From: Marsupella aquatica
Taxonomy: Eukaryota > Plantae > Marchantiophyta
Direction: 5' to 3'
DNA length: 64,000 nt
Assembly (NCBI GenBank): GCA_973895155.1
Contig: OZ316897.1
Coordinates: forward strand, 6,461,327-6,525,326
Shown here in pieces: positions 12,201 to 25,454 of this stretch (within the stretch, counting starts at the first letter, position 1; each line of letters starts with the position of its first letter). The notes beneath the pieces are model-generated. The model had not been told where the DNA came from. It worked only from the letters and a program-made list of their open reading frames with translations, and did no database searches. The translations under genes were made by a program, and so were the position numbers.

Positions 12201-15200
12201 CAGTCTGAACGGTGAGTGACCTGAGATAGCCTTTGTAGTTGTGCTATTGTTTTTGTCAACAAAGGTGATGCTTTACTTTTGGGGAATTCATCTTCAAGTG
12301 TGTCATTTTTTTTAATACAATGGTTCTTTCACCAATGACAGCAACGATATAATTTGTGTTGTGAGGGGGGCGGCGCGGACTTGATTTAGTTGCTTACGAG
12401 ATTTAAAGGTTTAGCATATTTCTTGAGCGAAAATTGGGAGTGTTTTATTGTGAGATCTATTTGAAAGTTTGGTTTTGTTTGTAGGTGATTTTTCTGGTCA
12501 AAAGTTATAGCGTTCGTTTTGCATATGCACTTTGGAGACAGTAATTCTGTTTTGCATATGCACTTTGGAGACAGTAATTCTGTCTTTCCGTCCTCCTACT
12601 AGACCGTCCTGTAGTATAATAAGGGCAATATAGAATTTGTACCGCATTGTCGAAGTCATAAACGTCATCTCCCCTGGTGTCCGTATTGTCAATTGGGTTT
12701 TTATGAAATTGTTGGCCCTGGAGTAGGTATGTGCACAACTGTCTTAAAGGAGGGGCTTGGATCTAGTCGTGAAATCTTGTGCTGAATTAAATGAGTGGCA
12801 CTGGGCATGGGATTTCCGATGATCATTGCCGTACCTGAGTGGACGAAGCCAAGATGTATCTTCAATGCCAGATGAATTGTTCTCTGTTGTTGACAAGGTC
12901 TGCGCAATTGATTGTGGTAACAGATATTCAACGCTTCATCGTTGGATTCAAATACAGGCCAATCTTCAGCGGCTGTCTGAGTCTCCCATTTCAACCAAAA
13001 GATTAAATGGAAATGGTTCAAAATCCAAGGAGAGGAAGGCCAGGAAGCGAATGCGTGAATCAGAGAAGGACGCAAAGTCAGATGATGAAGATGAAACGCA
13101 GGAACGTTTGTTCAATCCATCTTCTCCTGGAATGGGGAGCGGCCAAAGATCTACCAAGTCATCGTCGAAGATAAATTTTAAGACTCCTGAAGAAAGTGTT
13201 CCATATTCCATTTTGCTGGACTGGGAGAATGAAGGGCCCTATGACGAGGCTGTTAAGGGGTAATTCTACTCAACTGCCTTAATCTGGGCGAAGCATGAGC
13301 TGTGATCTGTGTTAGATGCGACTGACTGCTATTTGAATCAGAAGCTGGATGAACATTTTACCAGCGACGTCATTTTCGTACGGGGTGTTGTTGTCGGGCG
13401 CTGATACAATCTGTCGACTGAATGGATTTTTGAATCTATGTTTACCCCATTAATTAGAATATCAAGGTGCCCTTGTCTTTTTTAACCTCGAAGGTACATC
13501 AGTTGCTATGGGTGACGGATATTAGGACTACTCTGAAAAAATTGTACTGAAAGGATAGCTACCTTAGTACGAGCCGTATACAGGGATCGTCTGTGCAACC
13601 AATGTCATGCATTTGGTGTCTATTTACGCAATTTTGTCTCCTAGTTGTCTTTAAATATACTTATAGCAAAACCAACAATACTTGACCACTATTTTATGGA
13701 TAAAATTGCGTGATCTTGAACTTTCAATTGGTCAGGAAGAGTTATATATCGTCATACGGCTTTGTTGATTGCTTCAGACTTATCGAGGAGGGCAAACTAG
13801 TTGATGCTTTGGCTTTGGCCGATCGATACCTTGGCGCTGGTGCACCAGATCAGTTGCTTCAACTGTTGATTGAAAGAGGGGAGGATTCAGGATCACATTC
13901 TGGTTCCCAGTGGCAGGGCCATGGGAGTTCCCATCATAGTTTATCGAATAGTAGCTGGCAGTACTGCATCCGGCTCCGTAACAAAAGACTGGCAGCAACT
14001 CTTGCATTGAAGTATGGAAGCTTGACTTTCGCGTGCTATACTCTCAACCTTAATTAACTCTATGCTTTCTCTTCAGCTGCGCCGGTTTGTACTGCATGAT
14101 CGTACGCTACCTTTCACAGGAATTCTAGACTGAGATTGGTATTATTCGTTCAATTCAATTCACTCATTGAGCTCTGCCACAGGTATTTTCATCGTTGGGA
14201 GTTGGATGCAGCGATTGATGTGCTCACAATGTGCATCTGTCATTTGGATCGGACTGAACCCTTGTACGGGGAGGTACAACCTTGCAAACTTTTCTGGCGA
14301 CCTGTGCCACGTTCTATATCTTCACAGAAATATTAGGCAGGTAGACCCATGATTTATACTAGTTCATTTTGGGATAGGAGAAGAATGTAGATTATCATCT
14401 GCATAAATGTAATTATCTGGTGGAGGAGCTGGTACAAAAACCAGGTTATATCATTCAATAGGTCCGTGGTATGACCAACACATCGGGTCATTGGTAAGCA
14501 AATTTGAATTCTAGAGTTTAAGCACATTTGTCTTGGACGTCAAAGCAAGGAACTGGAAGCAGTTAATTTATGTGATCAAAGGTTGCTGTCTAGTTCACGT
14601 GATGTTCTGCTCTCCGTGTGGAAGTGATTACTTTACAGCCTCGAGTTCAACGGAAATGCTCCGACCCCCTGACATGCGACATTTACTGTATGCGCCAAAA
14701 CTTCTACTAGTATGCTGTGGCGAACATGTGATTAACTAGAGGAGCTAATATGGTTAATCTGGGCATTTCCTTGCAAGGTCTTGCGTGTAAAATCATCACT
14801 CCAGCAATATGGGCGAATACTTCGTGCTGATTCTAGGTTTAGCAATTGGCGAGAGGTATTCCAGCAATTTTCCATTTACCGTTACGTTCCCGCTTTAGAT
14901 CAGCTTGGTTTCGTTTATAAAAGTACTGTAACTATCTTGCTGGATATTTTGGCAATAGAACTGGAGACTAGTACTACAAACGTTTTAAAGCGTGACTTTA
15001 ATTCTGTCGCTAACCTTGTAGCAGCGCTGATGAGTCAGACTACCTTGTCAAGGCATTAAATTTGCTAAGTTGCGGCTCTGTACCGGATGGGGTACGGTAA
15101 ATCAACTTTCTTTTCTTCCTTACTACTACTGTGCAGGTTGAGGCTCTTTGCCAAAGTGATCCAGAAGATTTGGCAATTAAACTAGCAAGTAAGGGTGCAG

Positions 15201-18200
15201 TTTCAGCGGCCCTCAGTGTGGCTGAATCATTCAATCTGCCAAACGTTACACGAAGGGAACTCCAGGGCCGTCAACTTGTGCAGCTTTTGACTTCTGATCC
15301 TACTACCGGAGGTGGCCCCGCAGAAGGGTTGAGATTTCTGAAGTCCTTGCAAAATTCTGACGATGCATTGCCTGTAGCAATGGCAGCCATGAAACAACTA
15401 CCAAACTTGCAATCAAAGCAACTCTTGGTACATAAGGAACTCAGGAATCAAGTCGACCTATTTGTGGACTATTTTGAAAGAGTCACTGGCAGATACGGGA
15501 ATTGCAATGTACCGAATATATCCGCTGGCTGCTCTTATGAATGGTTTTACGCCTGTTTCTTGTATGTCCTTAGATGGACCGTTGTCTCGCTTAAACTTGG
15601 ATTTGTTGGAGGATAACATCCAGTTACAACTGCTGGTTGCAGGTTCATTTCTTCTTGAAAGGTCGTGTAGGAAACCTATCAGAGGAAGAACATGCAAGGC
15701 TAGATAGGCTTGCTCTTGGGTTACGTATGCTAGGAGCCTTGCCTTTACCTTGGCAGCAACGGTGCGCTGCTTTGCATGAACATCCACGTTTGATATTGGA
15801 GACTCTTCTAATGTGGAAACAACTAAAAGCTGCCTCACAGGTATTGTATTTTTGAAGTTTAGCAGGTATCCAACCACTTCGCTTTATGTTGCTGACAGAT
15901 AGAATGGATTTGTTTGTGTTCCAGGACTGACTGTGGAAACTGCCTGTGCTGTTGGTTCTATGATGGCATGCAGTTACTCGGGGCATTTCCTTCTCTTCGA
16001 GACAATGAGCTCATTATTTCTTATGCAGCTAAGGCCATCACCTTCAGTGCTGGCCCTGGTGCTGAGCGCCGGACACATGCACCTTCACCAGCAAGCAAAC
16101 CTCCTCCTCGACTGAAATCTAACTTTACAAGCGGTTTAACAAGCCTCCAGCGGGAGGCCCGCCGGGCATTCTCATGGACAAGTCGGGACACAAGCAGTAA
16201 AAGTGTCCCCAAAGAGCCCCCAAGTCGAAAACAAAAAGGAAGCTTGCTACCCGCTTCTCAAATAGCAGCATGGGAAGCCATGGCTGGAATTGCAGAAGAC
16301 CGGCCTTCTGTGGGTGTGATACCTCAAGAAGGTCACGAGAGACCGGCACCAGTGACAATGGGTGATGAGTGGGTATTAACTGGAGATTCTACGAAAGATG
16401 ATGCTGTCCGAAGCTCACATCGATATGAGAGCTCCCCTAGTGCAATTCTTTTCAAGGTGTTAGCCAGTTTGTGCCCCCTCGATTGTAGTTTTCATTCAAC
16501 ATAAATCACCTCGGATCATGTGTTGTTTTATGCAAGATTGAATCGATTATGGTCTGTTGCCAAATGTCCTCTGGCTGCAGATTATTGTGGGGAGCCTCCC
16601 TCGAGTTTGCATGTAATGGTATGGTCAATTTTATTCTATCTCTCAACTTTGCAATCTTGAACTATGCTGATTTCGTGTGGGTTGTTTTCTGTTGTTCAGG
16701 CTCTGCTGTCTTTATGTTCTGACGAGGCTGTAGCTGCCAAAGCAGCTGTAGATTTGTGTAGTGCACAAATCCAGAAATTGCTGTGTGCTGAGCAGCTTCC
16801 TCTGGATGCCTCTTCCGAAATTATTGAACGGGCATTTCATGCCACAGAGGCTTTTGTACAGGTGACTGATATGCATGGTTTCTCTTACTTTCTCATGTCT
16901 TTCCTGACGCCTAGCTTTTTTTAATCATGTGGCATAGGAAAGGTTATCTACGAATCAGAGCTATACATGATGCCTGTTCCTTGTCTCTAAAGTAATCCTT
17001 GCTTGTCAGGCCCTTCTCCATGCAAGGACACAGCTGCGGAGTCTAGTGGGTCAATCGCCAACAAGCTCGACAAGTGAGACTGTGGACTTGTCCTCAGCTC
17101 CAGGGAGCGCAATGTTTTCGAATAGTCCACCTACAGAAAGCCTTCCAGAGCTCTTAACAGTGGCTGATATGTGGCTCAGCCGTATGGAACTTCTTCAAAG
17201 TTTGCTTGGAGCTGGTGTAACTGCCTCGTTGGATGATTTGTTGGATGAAGGCTCTACTATGAAACTTCGTGACCGCTTAATTGATGGTGAACGGTATAGC
17301 ATGGCTGTTTATACCTGTACTAAATGCAAGGTATGCCTTTGAAGCTAGCAGGTCTCAATGAGAGTGTTCTCTCCAGCGATGTCAAGATCTTTCATTTCGC
17401 AAAGTAGCAAAGCATGGAGAATAGTGGCATGTATTAAGCTGTTCTTTATGGCACAGATTGACGCCTTGCCGGTGTGGGATGCATGGGGTCATGCCCTTTT
17501 GCGCATAGAACATTATGCCCAGGCGCGGGTTAAATTCAAGTAAGTCTAGTCATCGTGTTGTTTAATCTCGCCAAGGGTTTAGCTTCGTAACTTTGTCGTC
17601 GCATCTTGTATTCATGTTATCATTGACCTCTGGAGACAAATATCTTATGCAGGATTTCTAAGAAATATTTCTTTACCTACGAGAGGATCTGAGTGTCAGC
17701 GAAGGGAAACAAGTGGATAATTTTGAGTCGTTTTTAGGGATATACATGGTTGTCACAAATTATTCAATTGATATACTACCTTGTACCTACGGCAGGCAGT
17801 GATGATCCCGTACTTCCGGCGGGTTGCACATAGCTGGTCTAAATTGGAACAATTCACTTTAGGTTCTTGCTATCACACTATCCAGGTTGACAGAACCTGT
17901 GCTTGCATCATAAGTCCCTGCAGTTAAGCGTAGTTCTTACCCATTATTGTTGTGCTATGATAGGCAAGCTCTCGGTCTGCTGAAGGGCGATCCTGCCCCT
18001 TTTGTTCGTCAAATCATCCAGACAATGGAATCTGGCCCGCCAGCAGATGTTATTGCTGTTCGGAACCTGTAAGTCCTAATTAAGTCCATGATTTAAGGGG
18101 CTTTGTAAAGAAACGTACCTAGGACGAAGTTCATTTTGCAGTTTCTTATTAGGTCATTAAGCAATATCTGTCTATATTGATTTTGTGGTACAATGCGTTT

Positions 18201-21200
18201 ATGAAATACAGTCTAATTTCTCCGTCTTTGGACTGAAAATAGTTTTTTCGAGTTGGTTTATCTATCTAGTTTTTTCTATGGGCCAAGGGAGAGAAAGTAC
18301 AGGATGACAGTCACACCAGGTGCTCAACATAGTGTTGTCCAAAAACCTTTATTTAGTTTCTAGAGGTCTGTCCGTACAGGTTTTCTCTCTAGATAAATCA
18401 CAGATGGCCTTCATCACCCTTTACTGAGATTCTTGTGTCTGGAGGGATTCGTGGTCCGTAAGAATTGGATTTGTATAGAAAAATTTATTCGATCGAGGTC
18501 AAAATAGATAAAATTTGCGGTACAGTGTAGTCGGCATATGCATATGCATGAGTCAAGTTAATCTTGTTGTAAGATAAGTTGATTCTCATAATTTTTCACT
18601 TCTACCTTGTTCCAGTTTGTACCGTTGCTCCCTTTCATCAATTGTGGGATGTGTCTACTTTAGAATATCCTCATTCTTTGAGGTCATATCCTAAGTTTTC
18701 CAAATTGCGTTGCCTCCATAAGCAAGGACGGTCTGCAAAAATAGAGGGATATAGCTATGTATGTAGTCTGCTATTCTCTCTTTCTCGGCCCTTTCCTCAA
18801 ATCTCTGTCTGGAAGTACCGCGCTCTTGCAATTCCTTTGAACAGGTTACAGGCATGCCAGAAGACTTGGGATTATTGCTTACCTGTGGCTATGGTGCTGC
18901 AGTTACCTTCACATGGCAAAGAGTTTTGCTACCTCCACAGACGATTCCCTGTCAACAGAATCCTACTTGAATATTCTCTACATGCCTTCTTTTACAAAGT
19001 CTGATAGATCAAGAAGGTCCTCCGAGGATTCAGCAGACAGCTTTGCAATGAATGCATCTCTATTGAATGGAGAAGATAATACCAGAAGCAATTTAGATGG
19101 AGTACGGTATGAAGAGTGCGTATACTATTTACAAGAGGTGAGTAATTGCTCTATATGAATACGACTAGTCCCTCCATATTGTCACAGCAACGTGGTGAGG
19201 TTTGATAGCGCAAGCAAATTGTACGTGGCTTGGTTCGTTCTATTCGATGGTGCATCTCTACTACTGTTGACATTGTATCGACTTGGTATGTTTTGCATGT
19301 GTCCAGTACTCTCGGCAGGATCTGCTCTCCTTCACATTTCGGCATGGCCGCTTTTACGATGGGTGTTTATTATTCTTTCCTCCTGAATCTGTACCCCCAC
19401 CACCTCTACCATCTCCATATCAAACTCAAGTAGTTTCGTCTTCACCTCAACGGCCAGATTCTTTGGCAACCGATTATGGTTCAATTGATGATCTTTGTGA
19501 ATACTGTGTATCATATGGAGCTATCCCAGTTCTAGAACGGGTACTATCTGCGCGATCAAATAACCAGGACTCTGCAGTTGCCCAGCACACAGCGGCTGCG
19601 CTCACTCGGATCTGTAACTACTGTGAAGTTCATCGTCATTTTAACCATTTATATCGGTTTCAGGTCTGATGTCAAGCTATTTTGGCACACCTTTGCCGTG
19701 AACTTCAAGCAAGATTGTTGGTTCTTAGTTTCCTCAGATATTTTCTTCTGGCATCCCTTTCATGTCTCCATTGTGTTTCTCATGTCTGACTAATTCGAGA
19801 ACTGCGGGTACTTTCTGCAGGTTCTTAAGAAGGACTATGTGGCGGCTGGTCTGTGTTGTATCCAGCTTTTCTTGAATTCTTCAGCGCAAGATCAAGCCCT
19901 TCGTCATTTAGAGCGAGCCAAAGTAGGTTTCGTCAAACGGTGTTCCCCGATTTCTCTCATAAGATTAGCCGTCTACCATTGTCTTACATTTGCTCACTGG
20001 TACTGACCCCGTTTGCACTGCTGGAAAAAATCATATCCGGTTGAAGTGGTAGGTTGCTTGTCTATAGTGCTCACCAGTGATCCCCTCTTGATGACTGATG
20101 AATGGGGTTTAAGTAGGTCTGAATCAGGTTTCGCTCGTCCTCAAAATTGGAAAGTGCAATAGATTATAAGCTGCTAAGCTGTCATGGACGTTTTCAGGCC
20201 CATTTTGATGAAGGATTGGTCGCACGTCAACAAGCAGGAGATCTGTCAAAGGGTGTGGCAAAAGTACCTCGTGGAAAACTTCCATCTGATAAACTTACTG
20301 AAGAAGAACTTATCAAGTTCACCGCAAGAATCAACATCCAGGTACGGGACTTCCAGACATGCAAATTCGTTAAGTTGCTCCATCCGTAAGGACCGTTCAT
20401 CGATTGTGTCTTAGCAATCACCTGCACTATTGCAATCAGTTCTATGGTGGAGTCATTTTCTGTAAAGTGTAGCATTGACCAGTCAAGTGTGGACGGACAC
20501 CTCCGGGTAGACTGTTGAAAACCTAACCAAATCACTTCTAGAGATTAATATTAAAAAGCGAATGTTGTCGGAGCAGACAGATCTGATGCTGTTTACCCTT
20601 CAATAAGAGGCACCCTATCTTATACACAGTCTGGCCCATTTAGAAATTTTGTTGGGTGCTCTTTGTCCTCTCATTGAACCGAAGGAGCGCACCTGAAGAT
20701 AAGCTCAAGCATTGTTTTTCATATGTTTGAAGCAAGTTAAGATGGAGATGAAAACTAACCGTTACTGTAGTTGAAACATTTTTAAAAAGTATCGTTATGT
20801 GTGTTGGCATGAATTTTAGGTTTGGTTGAGCTTTATCCTGATGCATTATGTTGATTAAGTTCAGATCTGAGTTCGTCATTGTTGGGGAGCTACATGAATG
20901 GTTATGAAGTCCCCATTCTGACGGAATAGTTCGTACTTGAGAGCAGATACAGTTTACCCGGGCGATGATATGAGCATTATATTAAATTCCCATGCGTTAC
21001 CTTGTTAGACGGTCAGCTCATGCCTTCCTGTTAAGATGTTCCCGGCTTGTTACAACTACAAGTCCTTGCAGTGAAATGTTCCAACTGAAAGCGAGAATGA
21101 CACTGACTGTTGCTGTGCAGATGGAGGTCGTCCGGACATTTAGTGACGCAGACGGACCCTTGTGGAAAAGATCACTATTTGGAAATCCTAATGATGCTGA

Positions 21201-22371
21201 CACTTTCAAGTGAGTTTGCAGTTGTTGGATTGTAGTTGGACTGAGGATCCCCCATCCTTGGGAGTTTAATTTCAGTCTTCCGTTCCGACGTCATATGCGC
21301 TTTGAGACATCTTTTAATGTTTTTGTTTTTGGTCTCGTTTCTGTTTTGTGATTCTGGTGCAGACGGAGATGTGACGTGGCAGAGGATATTATTGAAAGAA
21401 ACTTTGATTTAACCTTTCAGATAATTGTCGACTTTGCGCTCCCAGGTACTCTCTATCTATCAAACCGTAGTCACCTCCGTACCTACCGCACTGCAAATCT
21501 ACCATTGCGACCGCAAATCTTGTCACTGCATATCTGGGAATTGCCACTTAAATTGCCACTCCAAACCTTCAAGTTATAGTAAGGTGTGGAGATGGAGATG
21601 AGGACTCAACGTTATGGCGATGTCAAGAATATCATCTCATGGAATTTTGCGCTCTTTTGTGTCAGCGGTACACATCTATGCTGGGGTCGCAGCATCCCTT
21701 GCTGCAAAGCGAAAGAGTAGAGAGCTCACTGAGCTCTTGCGAAACATCAAAGGTTTTATTGATGTTGATGATTGGGATCAGGTATGTATGAGCTGATACA
21801 TTGTTAATCATCATTTCTTATTCTCACGCAGCATAGCTCCTGTTCAGTCTACGAACTGCTTAGTTGTCTGATGCATTGCTTTGTGGCTTTTGCAGGTTTT
21901 GGGAGCAGCCATAAACGTTTATGCGAACAAACACAGGGAACGACCGGACCGCTTGATTGAAATGCTCTCAAGTAGTCATCGGTATGAGCTTGTTCAAACT
22001 TAGCTCTGATCTCCTTTTCAAACTTAAAGTAGTCTCGGAACCTTTTGACATTTATAGAGGAACGCTTCCATTGATGATGAACTTTGAATGCAGGAAAGTG
22101 CTAGCATGCGTGGTTTGTGGACGGTTAAAGACTGCATTTCAAATTGCTTCAAAAAGTTCGAGTGTGACAGATGTACAATATGTTGCGCACCAGGTACGTG
22201 TGGCCCTGCTTTTCCAGCTTCAGCCGAATGAGTTTTTGTGTGTTGTTTTTTTGTGAAGTATCAATCAATTGTGCTCACGAGTTGAAATTCTTTGTCTCTT
22301 ACCAGGCACGAATATCTGGAACGAAGTCCGTGCTTGATTTGTGCAAACAATGGCTGGCTAAAAACTCGTAG
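3261..22371 (+). CDS. ZFYVE26: Spastizin / ZFYVE26 (SPG15) homolog, AP-5 accessory subunit (plant At2g25730-like); ~36 exons
   Basis: N-terminus MKTKQERLLSRVTVNHLFLSQFEPFRALL and conserved blocks KRFLGPLSNKPTAYLSAFILYIATVGDIVDGADTTHDFNYFSL, LLTRLVFERGNADAAGKVAEIM, RCAALHEHPRLILETLLMWKQL, RKVLACVVCGRLKTAFQIAS..DVQYVAHQ; C-terminus VLDLCKQWLAKNS*. Hand-called GT-AG exons: 3261-4612, 5161-5308, 5672-5947, 6515-6682, 6818-7039, 7178-7275, 7506-7683, 7880-8307, 8580-8703, 9159-9257, 9348-9419, 10008-10145, 10494-10647, 11058-11422, 11766-12211, 12924-13259, 13778-14011, 14183-14273, 14778-14855, 15137-15427, 15643-15840, 15974-16456, 16700-16861, 17010-17330, 17457-17539, 17964-18068, 18903-19137, 19307-19663, 19821-19922, 20178-20341, 21121-21209, 21363-21445, 21666-21781, 21896-21981, 22094-22193, 22306-22371. 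Confidence 0.92.
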
Positions 22372-22498
22372 GTGATACTATTAAAGTACATTTGAGCGGG
22401 TTGTTTTTGCATTGATTTGAGTGTACGATAGAGTGATCAAGTTAAATTCATTTGTAGACATGAGGCTGTTGAAATGGTGATTGATTTAGGTCACTTTA

Positions 22499-22688
22499 CA
22501 CTGTGATCTCATAATCAAGAGTTGAGGATGAAGCTGTTTTCCCTGTAATTGCACAATTCTTTCCTAGACCCGCACTTAATCAAGGTGATGACTTTCGACT
22601 GTGATCTCATGAGTCCTGAAGGGTTGAGGATGACGATGTTGTCCCTGTAGTTGCACAATTCTTCCGTACATACGCACTTCAGCAAAGC
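22499..22688. repeat. Diverged tandem duplication (~98-bp unit x2) downstream of the spastizin stop; a second ~76-bp x2 duplication lies at ~22779-22905
   Basis: actgtgatctcat...gttgaggatga...ccctgta.ttgcacaattctt...cgcactt occurs twice; agttcactgccgtatt...ccactga...gtcta..ttgaga occurs twice. Confidence 0.8.
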
Positions 22689-23688
22689 TTAAAACAATCT
22701 GTCATATGGTACATTTCTGAAGTTTGTATCTTCAAAGTGTGTCACAGTTTGAAAAGGTTCGATTCAAGGAGAATTAAAAAGTTCACTGCCGTATTCTTTC
22801 CACTGAACTTCGTCTAATTGAGAGTTGAAAAGACTCCTATCCATAAGAATCAATAGTTCACTGCCGTATTTTTCCACTGAGCATTTTGTCTAAATTGAGA
22901 AAAGCATCTAGTTTCAGAAAGGTCCTTTCTTCGTGTCGATGGGAATTCGAGATCACTGGGGCGTAATACCCAATGGACAACTAATCTGAGAGAGGGTTGT
23001 CATCATGATTGTTGTTTCGACGATGTCCAAGAAATGAACACCTCTCCCAATGTGCATTCATATCCCGTACTAACTCCTTTCCCAACATTGTTATCCCCGA
23101 ACGATAGAGCCCTTCCCCAGTGTCCCTGCCGGTAATCACACATGTGACATGTAATCACACATGTAATGACACATCGTTGTTATCTTTGTACGATAGACCC
23201 TTTCCCAGTATGATTAGAATGTGATAATCACATCACGATATATATGGAAAATGTGATATATATATATATGGTGTGCACTGATTAATTTAAAATTTATCAA
23301 TCACATATCACAATGTGTTAATGGTCTGCCCTTATTAATTTAAAGAAACTAATTAAATATAATAATGAGAGAATATATTAAATATAATAATAAAAATACA
23401 TGTATAATCTAATTTTCATTTTTTGTCTTATTTAGATTTTGTGTAAGTATTTTGACTTTATTGTGTCAACAAAGTGAATCTTTTGTATAATTATATTTTG
23501 AATTAACTTTAGTATCCATTTTAATTTTAGGTAAATATTTTGGATCCTCTTATAATTTTTTTCTTTCAATCACTCCTTAGTGAAGTTTTTTTTTTTTCCA
23601 TGAGTGAAAAAATTAGTTCGTGTACCCTTTGGCTAATTGACAACATGGTTATCACAAGCAATTGTCAAAATCAGGCCTTTTCGTTACA

Positions 23689-25217
23689 TGCTACCAAATT
23701 CTCAAACGACAAGACTAGAGTCAGAATTCAACCTATGGCAAGTAGTCGCGGAACTCGACTACCTTATCACTTAGCTCCGGCGTCGCTGACTCCAACGCCG
23801 AGCTCCCTTATGGTCCAGGCCCGGATAGGCCATCCGGGGAGGACTTAGCATAGGGAGACTTGTGGGCAACGAGACACGGCACTAGCGAGGCAAGGAGCCA
23901 AGCTGGGGAAACACATTAAGGACTTGGACTAATCGATGGCTGGTCGTCAGGACCTCCGGATGGACTTTGAGTTCTGAGGGCTTGAGTGTGAGCTCCTCTT
24001 GGGCCTTGGCCAATGGAGTTGAAGCCATGGGCAACAGACGCTTGGGCACAAGTTGTGGCCCGATCCGGGTTGGGCCGGTCGGGGGCCTCGAGCGGCGATC
24101 AGACCTGAGGGCCTAGGCATGAGCACTGGGTCGGCCCGGTCACAACGGGCTAAGGCACTCCGCTTGCGGATGCCTATCAAGAAAGTTATGGGCGTTACAA
24201 GTTGGTGGCGCGCCCATTATGCGCGATGGGATCCGGGTTGGGGGCCAAATGATTAAGGACCAAATCTGGTCCGGGGGTGGCAGATCCCTAGAAGCATATA
24301 TGAGGGGAGTGGTGTCTCCCTGGGGGCTAAGGGCGAGCCGAAGTCGTGAGCCGCGGCGGTTGCGACACTAAGGGAAACCGTCAAACAGAAATGACGATAT
24401 CTTTCCAACGGGAAGTCCGTTGGAGGACTTCTTGGGTCCGTTGGAGGACTTCTTGGGTTGGGAGCTCAGATGGGTCAGGGGTGCCATGGGTTCTTGTGGT
24501 TTGCTGATGTTAGCTTGCCGCGTTCAGCCTCCCAAGGGAGCTTGCGTTGGGGAGGCAAGGCCACATCTATGGAGACTGAGTCCCAAGGGTGCTCGGTCCC
24601 TAGACCATCAGTGGGGCGAACCAGGAGCGGTTGCTAGAGTCGGGGCCGTTCTGGTCCTGGCGTGTTGGGACAAGCTTTAGGACAAGTTACGCTAGTTGGG
24701 CCATGAGCATGTCCTGAGGTTAGGGCGGTCGTTTGGTGATGGATAGGTACGAGGGGGAACCCGGGCCGCGTCCAAGGAAGGAGCTGTCCTGGACGGACAG
24801 TGGGCGTGGGTTCTGGTTCCGGCTTATGGCATCGGGAGGACCTATCGTTGACCTATTTACCAATGTCTGTTGAGCTTGAGTTAGGATGCTAGACTTGACG
24901 AGTTCTAGATCCAGAGGGGTTACTTACCGAGGTGCTTGGTTGCTTGTGCAGATAGTGAGGACCGTTGAGTAGCAGTCGTGTAGGTGAGCAAGTGCGGCTT
25001 CGTATGGGAGGGGCCGCAGGTGGTGCTAGAGGCACTTGGATACTCGCTCGAGGTATTCCGTGTAGGCGTTCGGGCACTTGGGCACTTAGGCGCAAGTGCT
25101 GGGATTGGTGAGGGCGCTAGGTGGCGAGGTCCACCACTCAAGTCCATTTGTAATTAGATGAATGTCTGATCAAATGAATTGTATCACTTAAGTTCAAGTT
25201 AGGACCATGGCTAGCAG
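23689..25217. mobile_element. GC-rich ~1.5-kb insertion in AT-rich DNA, possible solo LTR or decayed retroelement fragment
   Basis: Sharp compositional shift. Ends read TGCTA...TAGCA (TG..CA, 5-bp inverted). No TSD and no recognisable protein motif were found. Confidence 0.35.
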
Positions 25218-25454
25218 GTTCCCTTGATTACATTGGGCCGGAAATCTTACTCCAGGTGCCAATTACCTTTTTACAAGGAAGTTATCAAGTTAGTTACTAG
25301 CCATTATTTATTATATGAAACCTATTTTTTATAAATCTTTGAATTTATGTTTTAAAATTGGAAATATAACTAAAATGGTTACACATAGTGAAGTTTTAAC
25401 CGTCTTGCTCTTTGCATTTCCAATTTTTTACTTTTCTTTTTACGGCATGGCGTC

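Noticed and set aside
21235-21255. ttggactga.. resembling the start of miR319
   Set aside because: Only 9 nt match and no supporting hairpin.
22499-22720. TGATGA and CTGA motifs suggesting C/D-box snoRNAs
   Set aside because: No terminal stems or recognisable rRNA-antisense element, and the boxes are not conserved between the two duplicated units; better explained as a 3'-flank tandem duplication.
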